Source: Octopus vulgaris
Taxonomy: Eukaryota
Direction of reading: 5' to 3'
NCBI GenBank assembly: GCA_951406725.2
Contig: OX597816.1
Span: forward strand, 138,756,001-138,820,000
DNA: 64,000 nucleotides
A program made the translations under genes and the position numbers. Every line of letters begins with the position of its first letter. The first letter of the stretch is position 1. The notes under the pieces are model-generated. The model did no database searches. It saw nothing but the letters and a program-made list of their open reading frames with translations, and was not told where the DNA came from. This document shows positions 13,492 to 27,518 of this stretch, piece after piece.

Positions 13492-13558
13492 GCAAGAAGT
13501 GCAAAAGATTGTCTTAACTGGTACATCACACGTATTGAGAAGAGCATTGTCGATGTGA
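13490..13558 (+). pseudogene. Extreme C-terminus of an R4/Dong-like non-LTR ORF
   Basis: QEVQKIVLTGTSHVLRRALSM matches the RLE-LINE terminal motif QK.vllGt.hilRr.L. Follows (AAT)n. Confidence 0.6.
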
Positions 13559-13736
13559 GAACTGTTGCTGCTCATGTATTTTAATTTAACTTAAAAAATA
13601 AAAAAAATGAACGAACTATTGAGTTTGGTTTAATGGCCTACCAATGTATACTATGAGTTTCTTTGCCCTAGGAGTCGGGAAGACACTCGGCAAGAAATGG
13701 AAGCAAATTTGAAAGAAGAAAAAAAAAAAAAAAAAG

Positions 13737-13791
<55 letters not shown>

Positions 13792-13849
13792 TAGGATTTG
13801 ACCAAGTAAACTGACTTTATTGTTCCAAATAATGAGAAAGTCAATACGA

Positions 13850-14076
13850 GAAGTATAGAGAAAGGAGTGAAATACCAGGACCTCTCCATTGAGTTACAGA
13901 GGGTACGGAATGTGCGGATAAAATGTGTCCCGGTAGTTATAGGTGCATTAAGAACAATCCCTAAAGATCTGAAGAGACGGATAGAGGAAATATGCATAAA
14001 ACTTGGTTTACTACAACTCCAGAAAACAGTGTTATTTGGGGCGGCTAGGATACTTAGGAGGGTTCTTGGCATCTAA
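13850..14076 (+). pseudogene. C-terminal RLE region of an R4/Dong-like LINE
   Basis: KYQDL.IELQR...VPVVIGAL.TIPK.L...LQKTVLFGAARILRRVL is the typical RLE-LINE C-terminus. Close to an (AAT)n tract. Confidence 0.8.
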
Positions 14077-14149
14077 AGTTACTTGTTGTAGCTCTATGTT
14101 AGGAATTGTTCTTTTCTTACAGTCTAATCTGTTGTGCGTAAACGAATTA

Positions 14150-14550
14150 CTCTTTACTCTCTTTTACTCTTTTACTTGTTTCAGTCATTTGACTGCGGCC
14201 ATGCTGGAGCACCGCCTTTAGTCGAGCAAATCGACCTCCAGAACTTATTCTTTGTAAGTCTAGTACTTATTCTATCGTTCTCTTTTGCCGAACCGCTGTT
14301 ACGGGGACGCAAACACACCAGCATCGGTCGTCAAGCGATGTTGGGGGGGGGTGACAAATACAGACACACAAACACACACACACACATATATATATACATA
14401 TATATGAGGGGCTTCTTTCAGTTTCCAAATCCACTCACAAGGCTTTGGTCAGCCCGAGGCTATAGTACAAGACACTTGCCTAAGGTGCCACGCAGTGGGA
14501 CTGAACACGGAACCATGTGGTTGGTAAGCAAGCTACTTACCACACAGCCA
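14150..14550 (-). mobile_element. SINE family A
   Basis: Near full-length reverse copy. Confidence 0.8.
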
Positions 14551-17500
14551 AAAATAATAGTCCTTTGTACTGTAAGTACAAGGCTTGAGATTCAGGTGGG
14601 GGTGGAAGTCGATTACTACTTGACTGGTACTTATTTTATCGACCCCGAGAGAATGAAAGGCAGAGTCAACTTCGGTAGCATTTGAACTCAGAACGTAAAA
14701 ACGGACGAAATGCTGTTAAGCAATAATCTCTAATTAATAACGTCGTTCGACATACGTGAAATACTAGAAGTAGCAGCCAAATCGATCTCAAATTATACTT
14801 CATCTTCTTAGAAAATATAACACTATGGATATTGAGAAAAGGGTGCCTAAGGAAAAAAAACTGGAGGGTCATGTGTTGAATGTCTTTATATTCTTAATTA
14901 GAAGTCTGTATTGGCAGCGCCTACATGGGGAGAAACGAAACTTCTTTACTACTGCTACAACTACTATTGCCATAACTACTGCTACTACTGCTGCTACTGC
15001 TACTACTGCCACCATCACCGCCATTGCTGCTGCTGCTGCTGTTACTACCACTACTTAAAATAGCACTCATGTTTTTGTTGAGATATCAAATTTAACAACT
15101 TTAGACAGGTTACCTCGGCCTTTTCAGTCGGAAGTGAAGCGAGAGGAAGTAAGAGAGGAAAATAAACAAAAGAATAAGAGAGGGCGGACCTATGAAAAAA
15201 AAGAAGAAAGAAAGAAAGAATGTAAAAATGGTTGAAAGTTAAGAAGAACAGGGTCATCGTAGTTCATATTGTCCCTTATTTTATCACCAAATATCACATT
15301 ACATATTAATTACCACAGTCGTCCATAACACACATCATACGTAAACCTATTTTCTTTGATAAAATATAATAGGAGTCCCGTTGACTTGGTGGTAAGTATT
15401 TCTGACACATGCACAGAAAAAACAAGCAAGTTATCATGGAATGAAAACAAAACGGCTGTATAAAGGTAAAGTAGGTTTGATTTTAGTAAGATGGTTTTAT
15501 TCCATTTCACAGATTATTATTTCTGGTTTCTCCAACTTTAATTCTTTATATTACCTAGGTTTCGTTTGTGGCTTATGCTTCTCTTGTGGCGACCGTACTT
15601 AAAAACAATTTTGCTAAATTTATACTTTCAACATTTATGGAGTCTGTGCGAGATGTTGAGCCAATGAAAGAGCTTCTATCTAGTACTGCCATTTGCTAAA
15701 AATAGAAGTCAAATCTCAAGCCTATTATTTTTAAAAATTATGTTTGGACATTGTAATCTGTAGTATATTATTACTAAAAGAATCTTGAATAGTTTTCTCC
15801 ATAAGTTTAATCAACCTGCACCAACATGAGATAACAGCACCACCAACAACAACAACAATGATATTTGTACCGAAGGGTACTGATTGTGACCATACATACA
15901 AGAAAGTTTCCTAAATTTTAGATTTCTTCTTCAGAGCTAAAAGCTATACTAATTTTCTTCGGTTAACAAAGCTTTTCAATGATTAAGTACATACGGCATT
16001 AGAGCTGACAGCATGTATCTGGGATAGAGCAGTTGCTTTATGCATAGAAATTGTACAGACAGCGTCCAAACAAAAGCCATATAGTTATTTTACGAAACCA
16101 CTAATCCTCGCTCCTACCCGCATCTCTGAACGAACAAGCAGTTCTGACTGTCGCCCCCACGTCTCTTTTCCTCACTATGTGTCTAACTTTCACCATGTAC
16201 CTAACCTCTACAGCCTGTGTACTAAGTATGTTTTTTAACTTGTTTCACCTTTAAAGCTTTGGTCTTGCTGGGGCAAGCCAGTATAGTCTACTTAGAATTC
16301 AAAACTCAGGCTTAGAAGCTGAGACTAAATGTATTTTGATATCATAAAAAGATTGCTATTTACAGGTAAATAAAATTTTAAGGGCAGTTTCCTTACAATG
16401 GTTGTTAAGTACTCAGAAATATTCCTTCATGTTAAGTAACGATCTCTGACCATAACAAAAAATATGTACACTAAGGGAAACCAATAAAGTAGTTAGATAA
16501 ATGTATTAAAAACTCTGGACGAGACTTCAAACTTGATCTATACAACAGATGGCATAAATATACAGCAGAAACAGAATCTGAAAATGACAGACAAATAATT
16601 CTTCCAAATTCGCCTGTACACATTCATACAGAAATGAGATCGATCATCTAGATATTTTTATGTAGAACTATGTAGAAGAAACGTACTTGGTATAAAAACA
16701 TTAACTCTAGAGAGCAAAAAGATCTGGCTAAGAGAAATTAGGTATACCTACCCAGAAATATAAATGAAGCGCTGGACTGAAGAACTCACTAATAATTAAA
16801 CATTACAAAATCAAAAAGTTGTTGCACTCAGAATTTAAAGAAGCACAGAATTATATAACAGAAATAGACACTCCACCCATATATTTCTCACGAACTACAA
16901 TCACGACTAATGCATTAAGTTGTGGATGCCTTAACAATGTTTTTATCTCTGCGTGACCATATATATCGATAGATTTTAGCCAACGCTGTGTAATAGAATG
17001 GATTAGCCGGATTAATTTCAATACTGATTTAGGCACCAGCCACTGTAAACTCTTCTTCAACTGTCCTCAGATGTATTGCTAATAAATCCCAAATGTATTT
17101 TTCGAACATTGTTCCTTGGAGCCATTTCGCTAATGGGATGATTAGCAAAGAAGTGACCAGTTCCTTGTAGTCATGGTCGGATTCGTAATAAGGTATACCA
17201 ATCATTCATAGTGAGTCTAAACGGCCTTACAGTGTCTAGGAGCGATGAACATCTCCGAGAAAACTCTGGGATTCAATGAAAATCAACTGCCTGGTCTTTT
17301 CCAGAAAAATATCGGGGTGTGAACACTGTGTAACTTTTTTTTTTGTCAGTGTGTTATTTCCTATGTGTTTCTATCTAGAAATCAAAGGTAATGACTACTT
17401 TCCCCTTCAAACTTTGCTTCTGTGACCTGGACATCAATATTTTGAAACTGACCCGTTTTCCATTACGTTTCAGACAGGATTCAGCACTGAGTTGCTGAAG

Positions 17501-17779
17501 CAGAAATATCGTTATAGCAAATGTTCAGCTCAATACCACACATTTATTTGTCAGTTGCTTGACCATAACCACTTGAGCATGTCCCATAATGGCTGACAAT
17601 ATGAGCGTCTCTATCATGAGCCGGAGTAGTTGGGGAGCATCATAGCCGTGTTTTGAGAAGGAATCTTTAGGGTTTGAATAAATGTAACTAAAGCAAAGAT
17701 TATAGGAAATATTACCAATTTTTCATACTTTCTAAGGAAATGACAGTCGCTACCCTAGGACAAAAATCGTGTTGCACAG

Positions 17780-18290
17780 CGTAATTTTCAGAAATCTTTG
17801 GCTTGGTAGTGCTGCTAGGGGCTTTACTGGTTCCATATAAATTTTACAGACATGGTAGTGTTGTCAACCGCACCTGCCAGAAATTCGCGCAAGGTGACGA
17901 AACATTCATTCACGCGCTTTTACATTGTTCCAGCAACGTCAAATTGTGGAGTCATGTCGAAACAGCTGCAATCAGGTGTAGGATGCATTCGGCTCTCACC
18001 GACTCCACCTGGAAGGACGCCCCACTGTCTTTCTTTGGTCGGGAAGGGCAAGCTGCTTTCTTCTGTCGGGTGTCCATTTAGAAAAATGTAGTGTGGTGGA
18101 AGCGACTAAAAGGAATGAACATAGACACATTCGACAATACCCACGTGGCTTTTTTTTTCAAGTTCCATCTGAAGAAGCAAGTGGATACAGAGTGGAAGAT
18201 GCTGACCTGAATATATTTGGGAAAAGTAGATAAATATAGTGAGAATGGTGCAAGTGAATGAACTCACTCTAAGCATGAACCCTTAGGGTG
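17780..18290 (+). pseudogene. Tx1/L1-clade ORF2 C-terminal zinc-finger relic
   Basis: RTCQKFAQGDETFIHALLHCSSNVKLWSHVE resembles the zf-RVT C..C....ET..Hal..C....lW motif. Confidence 0.55.
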
Positions 18291-18625
18291 AAATGTAAGC
18301 AGAAGCTCTTGGCATAGATCTCCTGGAAACAAGGGTGTTCAAAGCAGTGTGTGAGTATTTATCACCACCACCGCTTGACAACCGGTGAAGTTTCTTGGGT
18401 GCCCCTGGGTAGTGTTCGATCCGTCTCTGTCGGGGAATTCTAATTTTATGATTTTCTTGTTATTATATATAGTGTTTACTACACGTATTTATGTATTAAA
18501 TCACCAACGGTCTTTTGTCTTTGTATTCCGAACTGCTTCTCTTTTTTTTGCAACCTTTTTGGGCAATAAAGAAAATATTAATATTCTTATTCTTATTCTT
18601 CTTATTAATTGTTTTTTTTTTTAAA

Positions 18626-18980
18626 GGCGGTGAGCTGGTAGAAACGTTAGCACGCCGGGCGAAATACTTAGTGGTATTTCGTCTGCGGTTACGCTCTGAG
18701 TTCAAATTCCGCCGAGGTCGACTTTGCCTTTCATTCTTTCGGGGTCGATTAAATAAGTACCAGTTACGCACTGGGGTCGATATAATCGACTTAATCCGTT
18801 TGTCTGTCCTTGTTTGTCCTCTCTGTGTTTAGCCCCTTGTGGGTAGTAAGGAAATAGGTATTTCACACTGTCACTACGTTCTGAGTTCAAATTCCGCCGA
18901 GGTCGACTTTGTCTTTCATCCTTTCATAGTGGATAAATTAAAAACCAGTCAAGTACTGGGGTCGATGTGATCGACTGTCA
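18626..18980 (+). mobile_element. SINE family B with partial tandem second unit
   Basis: Full head at 18626. After the tail gaaataggtatttc the body restarts at acgttctgagttcaaattcc. Confidence 0.85.
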
Positions 18981-19091
18981 CGCACCCCCCCCCCCCCCAA
19001 CAAAAATACTAGAAAGGATTATTATTATTACTTCTTTTGTGATTGGTAGTCGATTCAATATACTCCCCAGTACTTGACTACTGTTACTCAT

Positions 19092-19123
<32 letters not shown>

Positions 19124-19794
19124 GCAGACGTATATATGTATTTCTGTGTATACGTAGCTATTTATTTGTGTGGAGGTGTTTGGGCGTGTATGTCTGTTTT
19201 TATAAATGCATGCACCCATGCATATAGGGAGAATGTTTATCTTTTTATGAATATTCAATTTGTTTTGCATTCTCTCATTTAAAAAGAATAAGAAATAGGT
19301 TTAACACAGAAGAGCATAAATACAAGCAGATAGAATTCGGTTACGTTTGTCAATACATGAGTGAATATACCATAATGAATTTAGATATTTGTACCCCACT
19401 TGTGTACAGGAGGTAATTACACGCTCGAATCGAAACTCAACTACTTCTCGTTCATAGATTTCATTGGCCCAAAAGCAATGAAATGAATATTCAGCCGAAT
19501 TTGAATGTAAGGAGACGTTGACTAAATTTTAAAAAAGCTCAACCGATTTCGCAAAGTATTGTATTTAAGAATGAACACAGTATGACAATTTTAAGGGAAG
19601 CGGGAAAATGTGTTGTTATGAACTTTATAAATTATTTCAGATTATTCGCGGCATGTGCAAAATGAATTTGTTTTAATGAAATATACGCAAATAAAAATGG
19701 GGGGGGTCGTATGGGTCCCAAGGAGAACTGAAATCGGGGTGAATGGCGTTTGCCTAATTGACTTATAAACATAGGATGAAATATATTCGCATAC

Positions 19795-19861
<67 letters not shown>

Positions 19862-19876
19862 GTATGTATGTATGTG

Positions 19877-19944
<68 letters not shown>

Positions 19945-19949
19945 CAAAT

Positions 19950-20520
19950 AAAATGGGACAAAACGAAAAACATCCAGACAGTTAGGTGATACGAAAAGGG
20001 ACAACAAAACATCCAGATAGACGATACAAAGAAAACAAAGACGAGTAATTCGGAGTTTTCTTTCCTCAGTCGAGTTCCAAATTATGTTTGCAATTTCGGC
20101 TGGTTATACTCGAGATTGCTCAAATCTGGCCAGCCCCAAGGAAAAACTAAGCTAAGAGCATAGATTCCTTGGAAGAAAGCAGCGAATGTATACGGAAACA
20201 AGAACGGAAAAAAAGGAGAATGTTACACAAATACAAATAGCAGGACATAACAACAGATGTCTTTCGACTAAGGACGAATTAAATTAAACTGGCTTATGTG
20301 GAAATAAAGCCTTTACGGCAGGGATACAAGATTTCGCAGACACAGGGAGGAATACCGATATTGAATGGACGACGACCGAACCAAGAAAGATCAGGCTTGG
20401 CTGAACACCGGTCACATGGGGAGAGAAGAGAGAGAGGTAGAGGCAGAGGGACAGGAGAATTAAGGAGGGACGAGAAAAATGACAGGGACACAGTGAAGTG
20501 AAAAGAGGAGGGAAAGTGGG
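19950..20520 (-). mobile_element. (TA)n-embedded repeat family C, longer copy
   Basis: Homologous to 2611-2792. Confidence 0.6.
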
Positions 20521-20674
20521 CAAGAGAAGGCAGGGAAATGCGAGAGAGGGGGAACGAAAGGACGAAGGGTGGAACGAAAAGATAAGCGTGAAAGTGCTGA
20601 TAGAATGAATAGAGTCGTAGAAGATTTAGATAAATATATACTTACATATAAGGGACCAAAGTGTACGTACGCCG

Positions 20675-20714
<40 letters not shown>

Positions 20715-20816
20715 TCAGGGTGAATACTTGATAGTTGTAAGCACCTGTATATACCATTTAGTGGTGTAGGTGATAGAGTATATTAATCAAAATAAAAACA
20801 TGATTCAAAGGATTTA

Positions 20817-20904
20817 GCGGTACATATGTTTCGGGCCTTTATTAGACGGTTTTATAACATTGCATAATTGATGTAAATGTGTGTCTATGGCCTTCTTCAG
20901 CCGC
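20817..20904 (-). ncRNA. Type I hammerhead ribozyme (canonical core)
   Basis: Reverse-complement copy of 21151-21238. Confidence 0.8.
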
Positions 20905-21150
20905 GTACAGTTACTACTTCAAGGACATATATTACATTATAAGTTTTACGTTGGGGATGCAAATTCTCATAGTCGCGTACGACAGAGTGGGACACCAACA
21001 CGAAATCGAAGCGTTCTACATCGAGTAAAAAGCGGGATGGGCGCTTCGATTTCGTGTTGGTGCCCCACTCTGTCGTACGCGACTATGAGGATTTGCATCC
21101 CCAACGTAAAACTTATAATCTAATATATGTCCTTGAAGTAGTAATTGTAC

Positions 21151-21238
21151 GCGGCTGAAGAAGGCCATAGACATACATTTACATCAATTATGCATTGTTA
21201 TAAAACCGTCTAATAAAGGCCCGAAACATATGTACCGC
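21151..21238 (+). ncRNA. Type I hammerhead ribozyme (canonical core)
   Basis: gcgg-CTGAAGA-a-ggcc...ggcc-c-GAAA-catatg-TA-ccgc. Palindromic stem III, GUA site. Confidence 0.85.
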
Positions 21239-21435
21239 TAAATCCTTTGAATCATGTTTATATATATATATATACAAAATGGGCCAAGAACGCAAAACAT
21301 CCAGACAGTTAGGTGATACATAAAAGGGACAACAAAACATCCAAGTAGACAATACAAAGAAAACAAGGACGGGTCCTTGTTTTGAAGGGGTTTTTTAATC
21401 GATCAAATCAAGACAGGACTTTTTGAAAATCTATG

Positions 21436-21467
<32 letters not shown>

Positions 21468-21954
21468 CCACACCACTACTCCCAACCTCAGCCTAACCCA
21501 CACCGCACCCTTGATTTCCCCACTCTTGCTTCCCCCACCTCCCAACACCCTCACACCACACATATTCGTGTGTATATGCATCCATCCATATGTGCGTGTA
21601 TATGTATTAGTGAGTGTATGCGTATATGTATGTGTGTAAGTGTGAATGTACGTACGTATGCAAGGTATATATACCTGCGTATACAGGGGCGATAATACAC
21701 CATACCCCACCATATCACACAACACATCACATCAATCACACCACCACGCACACACCAGCACTAACCTCTTCCCAACCCCACATTTTCACACCTACACATA
21801 CACACACGCACATGTCAAGGTCACCAGCCCTCTTCCACACACACGTACATACTCTCTTATACACAAGCACGCGCATCTTCGTTTGGGGTTTACTGCTACT
21901 TTATTATCTCCCCTTCTTCCTAGCCCTCCTGTGTGACCCTTCTGTCCGGCATTC

Positions 21955-22143
21955 GCCATGATAGATTGCTAGCCACTTCACATTCTTTATTTTCTCTCCT
22001 TGTTTCTTTCTGTGTTCCTTTCTGTGTAAGAGCGTAGGCTCGAAACTTTAAAGACTATTTCACTTCCCGAGCGTTAAACTAATACATCTGTTTGTTATCT
22101 ACATCACCTGTCTTCGTCTTTTGTTATTTTTCGTGAATTCTCC

Positions 22144-22147
<4 letters not shown>
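21955..22147 (+). mobile_element. Family E element with degenerate A6U motif (22018-22053)
   Basis: cttt-CTGTGTA-a-gagc gtag gctc-GAAA-ct-TT-aaag. 3' end abuts (TA)n. Confidence 0.7.
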
Positions 22148-22199
<52 letters not shown>

Positions 22200-23365
22200 A
22201 ATATAGGGATGGAATTATTAAAATATCATCACGAGTGGCAAACGAATTATCACCCTTACAGGTAAATTAATAAAATATATACATACAATATTAGATAGGT
22301 ACATATATACACAAGGGTACTACATGAGTACCTATATCGCTAAAGATGGAAGTGAAAAAATATTTCTCTATCACCGAATAGTCACACATCTATTACAGAT
22401 ATGATAGGAAAAAATATCAGTGAAAATTAACGTCTTACCTCTATGTACATATCTAATATTGTGTATATATATATATATATACGACGGGCTTCTTTCAGTG
22501 TCCGTCAACAAAGGCTTCGGTTGGCCCGACGCTATAGTAGAAAGCACCTGCCCAAGGTGCCATGCAGTGGGATTGAACCCGGAACCATGATATGTAGATG
22601 TCGTATACTTTTTAATAGCAATTTCCTATCCGTCTTATTGTATTACTCTACATACAATAAATAAGTAAATAAATAAATAAAATTAAATAATAAAACATGA
22701 ACTTGTCCCCTGTTAAAAAAAAATATCGTGTAAAGTATCACCTTACTGTTGTTAATTTATCTGTACAGGGCTGAGACGGCGTTAAACAAGCTATTATCTA
22801 TGCGAGTGTCAGACATCGAATGAATGACTTTCTTGTCGGTAGGATGTGATGTAAATGACTCTGTGACACAGCAACTAATTTGGCCCCAAGTGATTTTGAT
22901 CAAGTGACATGAAGTGACAAAATGACACCGACTCAAAAGACAGATAGTAAGATTATAAGGAAGCCATGTTGACATGAACACAAAGGTGAGCTGAGAGAAA
23001 TGTAAGAGACTACGTACAACTCTTTGTTGTAAATTATATGCCTGCAACAATTTTGACATTCATAAAGACCAGCTCACACACGTCACAACAACAGGAACAC
23101 ATATATATATATTCCTATAATTACATCGATACACACACACATATACACATATATCCATGTGTGTGTGTGTGTATACATTCATAGCTAAAACGACATAGGT
23201 AGAAGATAGAGATACACGATAGACATGACTAGCTGTATTCATAAATATATAATTACGAGTGATTTTTATATACATGCACAAAAACACTCACTCGCGCACA
23301 CAAATACCCATTCATACACACTCTCACTCACATACACACATATACACACACACACACATATATAT

Positions 23366-23414
<49 letters not shown>

Positions 23415-23447
23415 AACACACATATATATATACATATAAATATACAT

Positions 23448-23490
<43 letters not shown>

Positions 23491-24047
23491 CAATCAAATT
23501 ATATATATGTACGCAAGATAGATAGATAGATAGATAGATAAAGATATATGTTGTCAGTTATATAGGGTTACATGTAATTTCATGGTTTTATCGTCACATA
23601 TAATGGTGCACTTGTACGTATTCATACATATATATACGCCCTGTGTCCTTATCTGTCAACAGGAGTGTTTGTATATGTGTATGTGTGTATGTATGTATGT
23701 TTGTGTATATATATATATATATATATATACATATATACACACACAGGGATTTATATACACACACATCTATGCCTTTGTATATGTGTGGCTAAGAGGCTAG
23801 CTTTGCAACCGCGCGGTTTCTGGTTCAGCCCTATTGTGTGACTATTGGGCAAGTGTCTTCTACTACGGTCCCGGGTTAAGCAATACGTTGTGATTGAATT
23901 TAGAATGCACAAACTGTGTGGAGGTCCGTCGTATATGTATATATGTATGTATTTATGTATGTATGTATGTTTGTATTTATGTATGTATATATATATGCAT
24001 ATATATGTATATATATATATATATATACATATATATGTATATATATG

Positions 24048-24100
<53 letters not shown>

Positions 24101-24149
24101 TCATATATATACACATATATATACATATATATACATATGCATATACATA

Positions 24150-24352
24150 TAGTTTAAATTTACAGAAAATAAAAGACGAAGACAGGTGAGGGAAGAACAA
24201 GTAGGCGTATTAGTTTGACGCTCGGGAGGAATGGAAAAGATTTTGACGTTTCGAACCTATGCTCCTCGACAGAAAGTGTTGGGAGGGGGGAAGGAGAGAG
24301 AACCTAACAAAACGGTGAATGAAAAAATATGTTGGGATCAACGGTTCAACAT
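24150..24352 (-). mobile_element. Family E element with A6U motif (24242-24275)
   Basis: ttt-CTGTCGA-g-gagc atag gttc-GAAA-cg-TC-aaa (GUC triplet). Confidence 0.7.
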
Positions 24353-24758
24353 GATGATAATATATGCGCGATATGTGTGTGTGTGTATGTGTGTGAGTGT
24401 GTGTGTGTGTGTGTGTGTGACTTTGGGCTTGTGTTTCCCTTCTAAAATCTGTTGAAAATTGTTATGAGATTGCCGCCCAGCAAAGAATTAGAAAGAATAA
24501 GCACAAGTGAAATTATGCATTTAAATGTCTAGACGGTTAGTGAGTTGTGTTCTTGAGCAAAGTACTTCAACTTACGTTGGTCTGAGATCACTTCGACACC
24601 TGACGCATGGTAAACCGTGGACCTGCTCGGGCAACGTTGATTTGTTGGAGAGAGTGAGTTAATGTATAGGTCAGACATTCGATCACTTTAAGCAAATTAT
24701 TTGTGCAGGTAGTCCGGCAAAAGCTGATCTCTCAAACGTCGTCTTCGTTGGGAGAGTT

Positions 24759-24866
<108 letters not shown>

Positions 24867-24885
24867 ATAAATAAATAATAGATAG

Positions 24886-24938
<53 letters not shown>

Positions 24939-25121
24939 GTTATTAATAATTATTAAATGCGGTGTATAAATGTTTTGGTGAGCTACTGTGACTATATATG
25001 CATTCATATATGTGCATTACCAAGCAATTAACGATATATATCTCTGTTCGTGTTTATGAATACGAGAGAGAGAGAGAGAAAGAGAGAGATAGATAGATAG
25101 AGTGTGTGAATGTGTGTGTGT

Positions 25122-25171
<50 letters not shown>

Positions 25172-25224
25172 ACTACAAGAAAAAAAGACTGAAAGACAAA
25201 GAAAATAAAGGCAAACAGCAAGAA

Positions 25225-25470
25225 CTGTGGTGTGTGGCTAAGTGGTTAAGATATTGATTTCATGATAGTAAGCTTGTGGTTTCGATTCCTGGATCAGGTG
25301 ATGTGATGTGATCTTGAGCAAAAGTCTTCATTTTTCGTTGTTCCAGTCAATTCAGGTGCCAAAAATGAGTATTTCTGCCATATACAGACGTCCCGTCCGG
25401 GGGAAGATTATATATGCTAGAGTATCTGGGAAACCGGCCCTATGAATCTATTTGACTGGGAAAATACTTT
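25225..25470 (+). mobile_element. tRNA-headed SINE family F
   Basis: gtggctaagtggttaag A-box, gtttcgattcc B-box, tcttgagcaaa core, gggaaaccggccctatga tail shared with 49353-49600 and 51700-51960. Confidence 0.65.
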
Positions 25471-25602
25471 TCAAAAATGAAAGAAAAATAATGGGGCAGA
25501 TGGATCATTAGTTACTTATTCAGTTAGACAGATAGACAGACAGACAAAGAGAAAAAAGAAGAGGCACTAAAATACGCGCACACACTCATATATACATATA
25601 TA

Positions 25603-25641
<39 letters not shown>

Positions 25642-25650
25642 TTCATATAT

Positions 25651-25702
<52 letters not shown>

Positions 25703-25735
25703 CATTGATCTATTAATATATATATATATCATTCA

Positions 25736-25776
<41 letters not shown>

Positions 25777-26096
25777 GGAAACATGCAAACACACACATAT
25801 GCGTTGGTAAGTAGACAGGCAGACTGATGACTATAATAGATCGCAGAATACATAGCAACATAATTAGATAGCCATAATGAGCATATGAAATTGTAAAGAG
25901 CTTAATATATATAATTAAAAATTGTATGCAGCTGTTATTCGTGAATTCTACTTTAGGTCAATAGAGGAATGTTCCAGCAATCAGAGATATATTTATTCCC
26001 ACTCCGGAGATTTTACAAGAGACACACAAACTATCATTATTAATTGTCATCCTCACTTTTCTCTCTGCCTGATCCTCTCAGCCGTCAGTGGCTATA

Positions 26097-26248
26097 GGCG
26101 CAGGAATGGCTGTGTGGTAAGTAGCTTGCTTACCAACCACATGGTTCTGTGTTCAGTCCCATTGCGTGGCACCTTGGACAAGGGTCTTCTACTATAGCTT
26201 CGAGCCTTGTGAGTGGATATTGTAGACGGAAAGTGAAAGAAGCCCGTC

Positions 26249-26250
<2 letters not shown>
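26097..26250 (+). mobile_element. SINE family A, 5' half
   Basis: ggcgcaggaatggctgtgtggtaag...gaaagaagcccgtcg then (TA)n. Confidence 0.8.
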
Positions 26251-26297
<47 letters not shown>

Positions 26298-26947
26298 CGT
26301 GTGTGTGTGTGTGTGTATACTCTCCCTATATATATATTAATAGTAACTAGTAATATTAGTGGCGATCGAAAACATGAAACTTGCAGGCAAAATAATATTA
26401 ATACTCCAATTTGTTTTTTGTACGTATCTGACGCGTGTGTCACGCTTAGAGAAATAAATTGTTGAACGAAATTTTGTTGCTTAAATAAAAATGTTCAATT
26501 AAATCTCGTGTAATTTCCGGAAGAGATTTGAAACCGTCACCTACGTGTTATATTATTACTTCTCCACATCGATACCAACTGGGTCAACGAATCAGCAACG
26601 TTTTTAATGGCAAAATTAAGATACTTAAATTTGACTCGTGTGTCGAGCAAGGGAGAAAGAAAGAGAGAGGGAGAGGCAGTGGCTGATAGGTATTTGAATT
26701 AGTTTCTACGATTGAACTGAAATTGACTCGTAGCTATTAAGGGGCCAGCCACACACAAACACACACTCAGACATTTGCATTAGGTCTTCTATCCATTTGA
26801 TTTCGGCCATACACCAGATAACATGTTATGTCTTATGTTCCGAAATTTAAATTTTGAATTTGTTTTTATTTTTAAATTACACCTCAGCTAAAAAACATCT
26901 TTTAGCTTTCGAATACAACTAAGTAACAGGATGTCAAGTAGTAATGC

Positions 26948-27035
26948 ATGCAATACAACCGTTTCAAGCGGCTTCATTTAATTGAACAATGTAATCATTA
27001 TATCAATTTAAATTTAGCGCTATCTTCAGCTGCAC
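26948..27035 (-). ncRNA. Type I hammerhead ribozyme
   Basis: gtgcag-CTGAAGA-t-agcg...cgct-t-GAAA-cggttg-TA-ttgcat. Confidence 0.75.
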
Positions 27036-27430
27036 GAAATATGGATTTTCACTAGACAAGATATATTTATATATTTTTCTTAAATATTTTAACAGAGCAA
27101 GAGGATGGAAGAATTTTATGTTCTCACTATTGCAGCAAGAATAATTAAGAGAAGAACAAACAACAATTTTGGAGTGGCGTGGAACACAGTAGGGGTCATA
27201 AGGTTGTAATTCCTTTCCAATTTATCTATCTTCTTATCATTAACAAGAAATCTAAGACTAGAAGACTGCGTATATTCGAAAGTGCAAAGTGAGTTGACAG
27301 CTCATATCTGTCTCTTGGTCATGAATTTCATACTATAATACGTACCCTTCAACCCGCAAAGAAAAGAAGCAAAACTTTAGTAATAAATATCTATTTATAA
27401 TATAGCTTGTCTGTTGAAAATCCATATTTC

Positions 27431-27518
27431 GTGCAGCTGAAGATAGCGCTGTATTTAATTTGATCTAATGATTACATTTTTCAATTAAATGGAGTCGCTT
27501 GAAGCGGTCGTACCGCAT
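27431..27518 (+). ncRNA. Type I hammerhead ribozyme, probably decayed (GAAG)
   Basis: gtgcag-CTGAAGA-t-agcg...cgct-t-GAAG-cggtcg-TA-ccgcat. Confidence 0.65.

Larger units (their letters stand above)
20796..21259. mobile_element. Fold-back element in (TA)n, PLE pseudo-LTR-like
   Basis: Arms 20796-21013 and 21042-21259 are near-perfect reverse complements with a 28-nt spacer. Confidence 0.9.

Noticed and set aside
16300-16850. Possible very old LINE RT relic
   Set aside because: No unambiguous motif could be translated.
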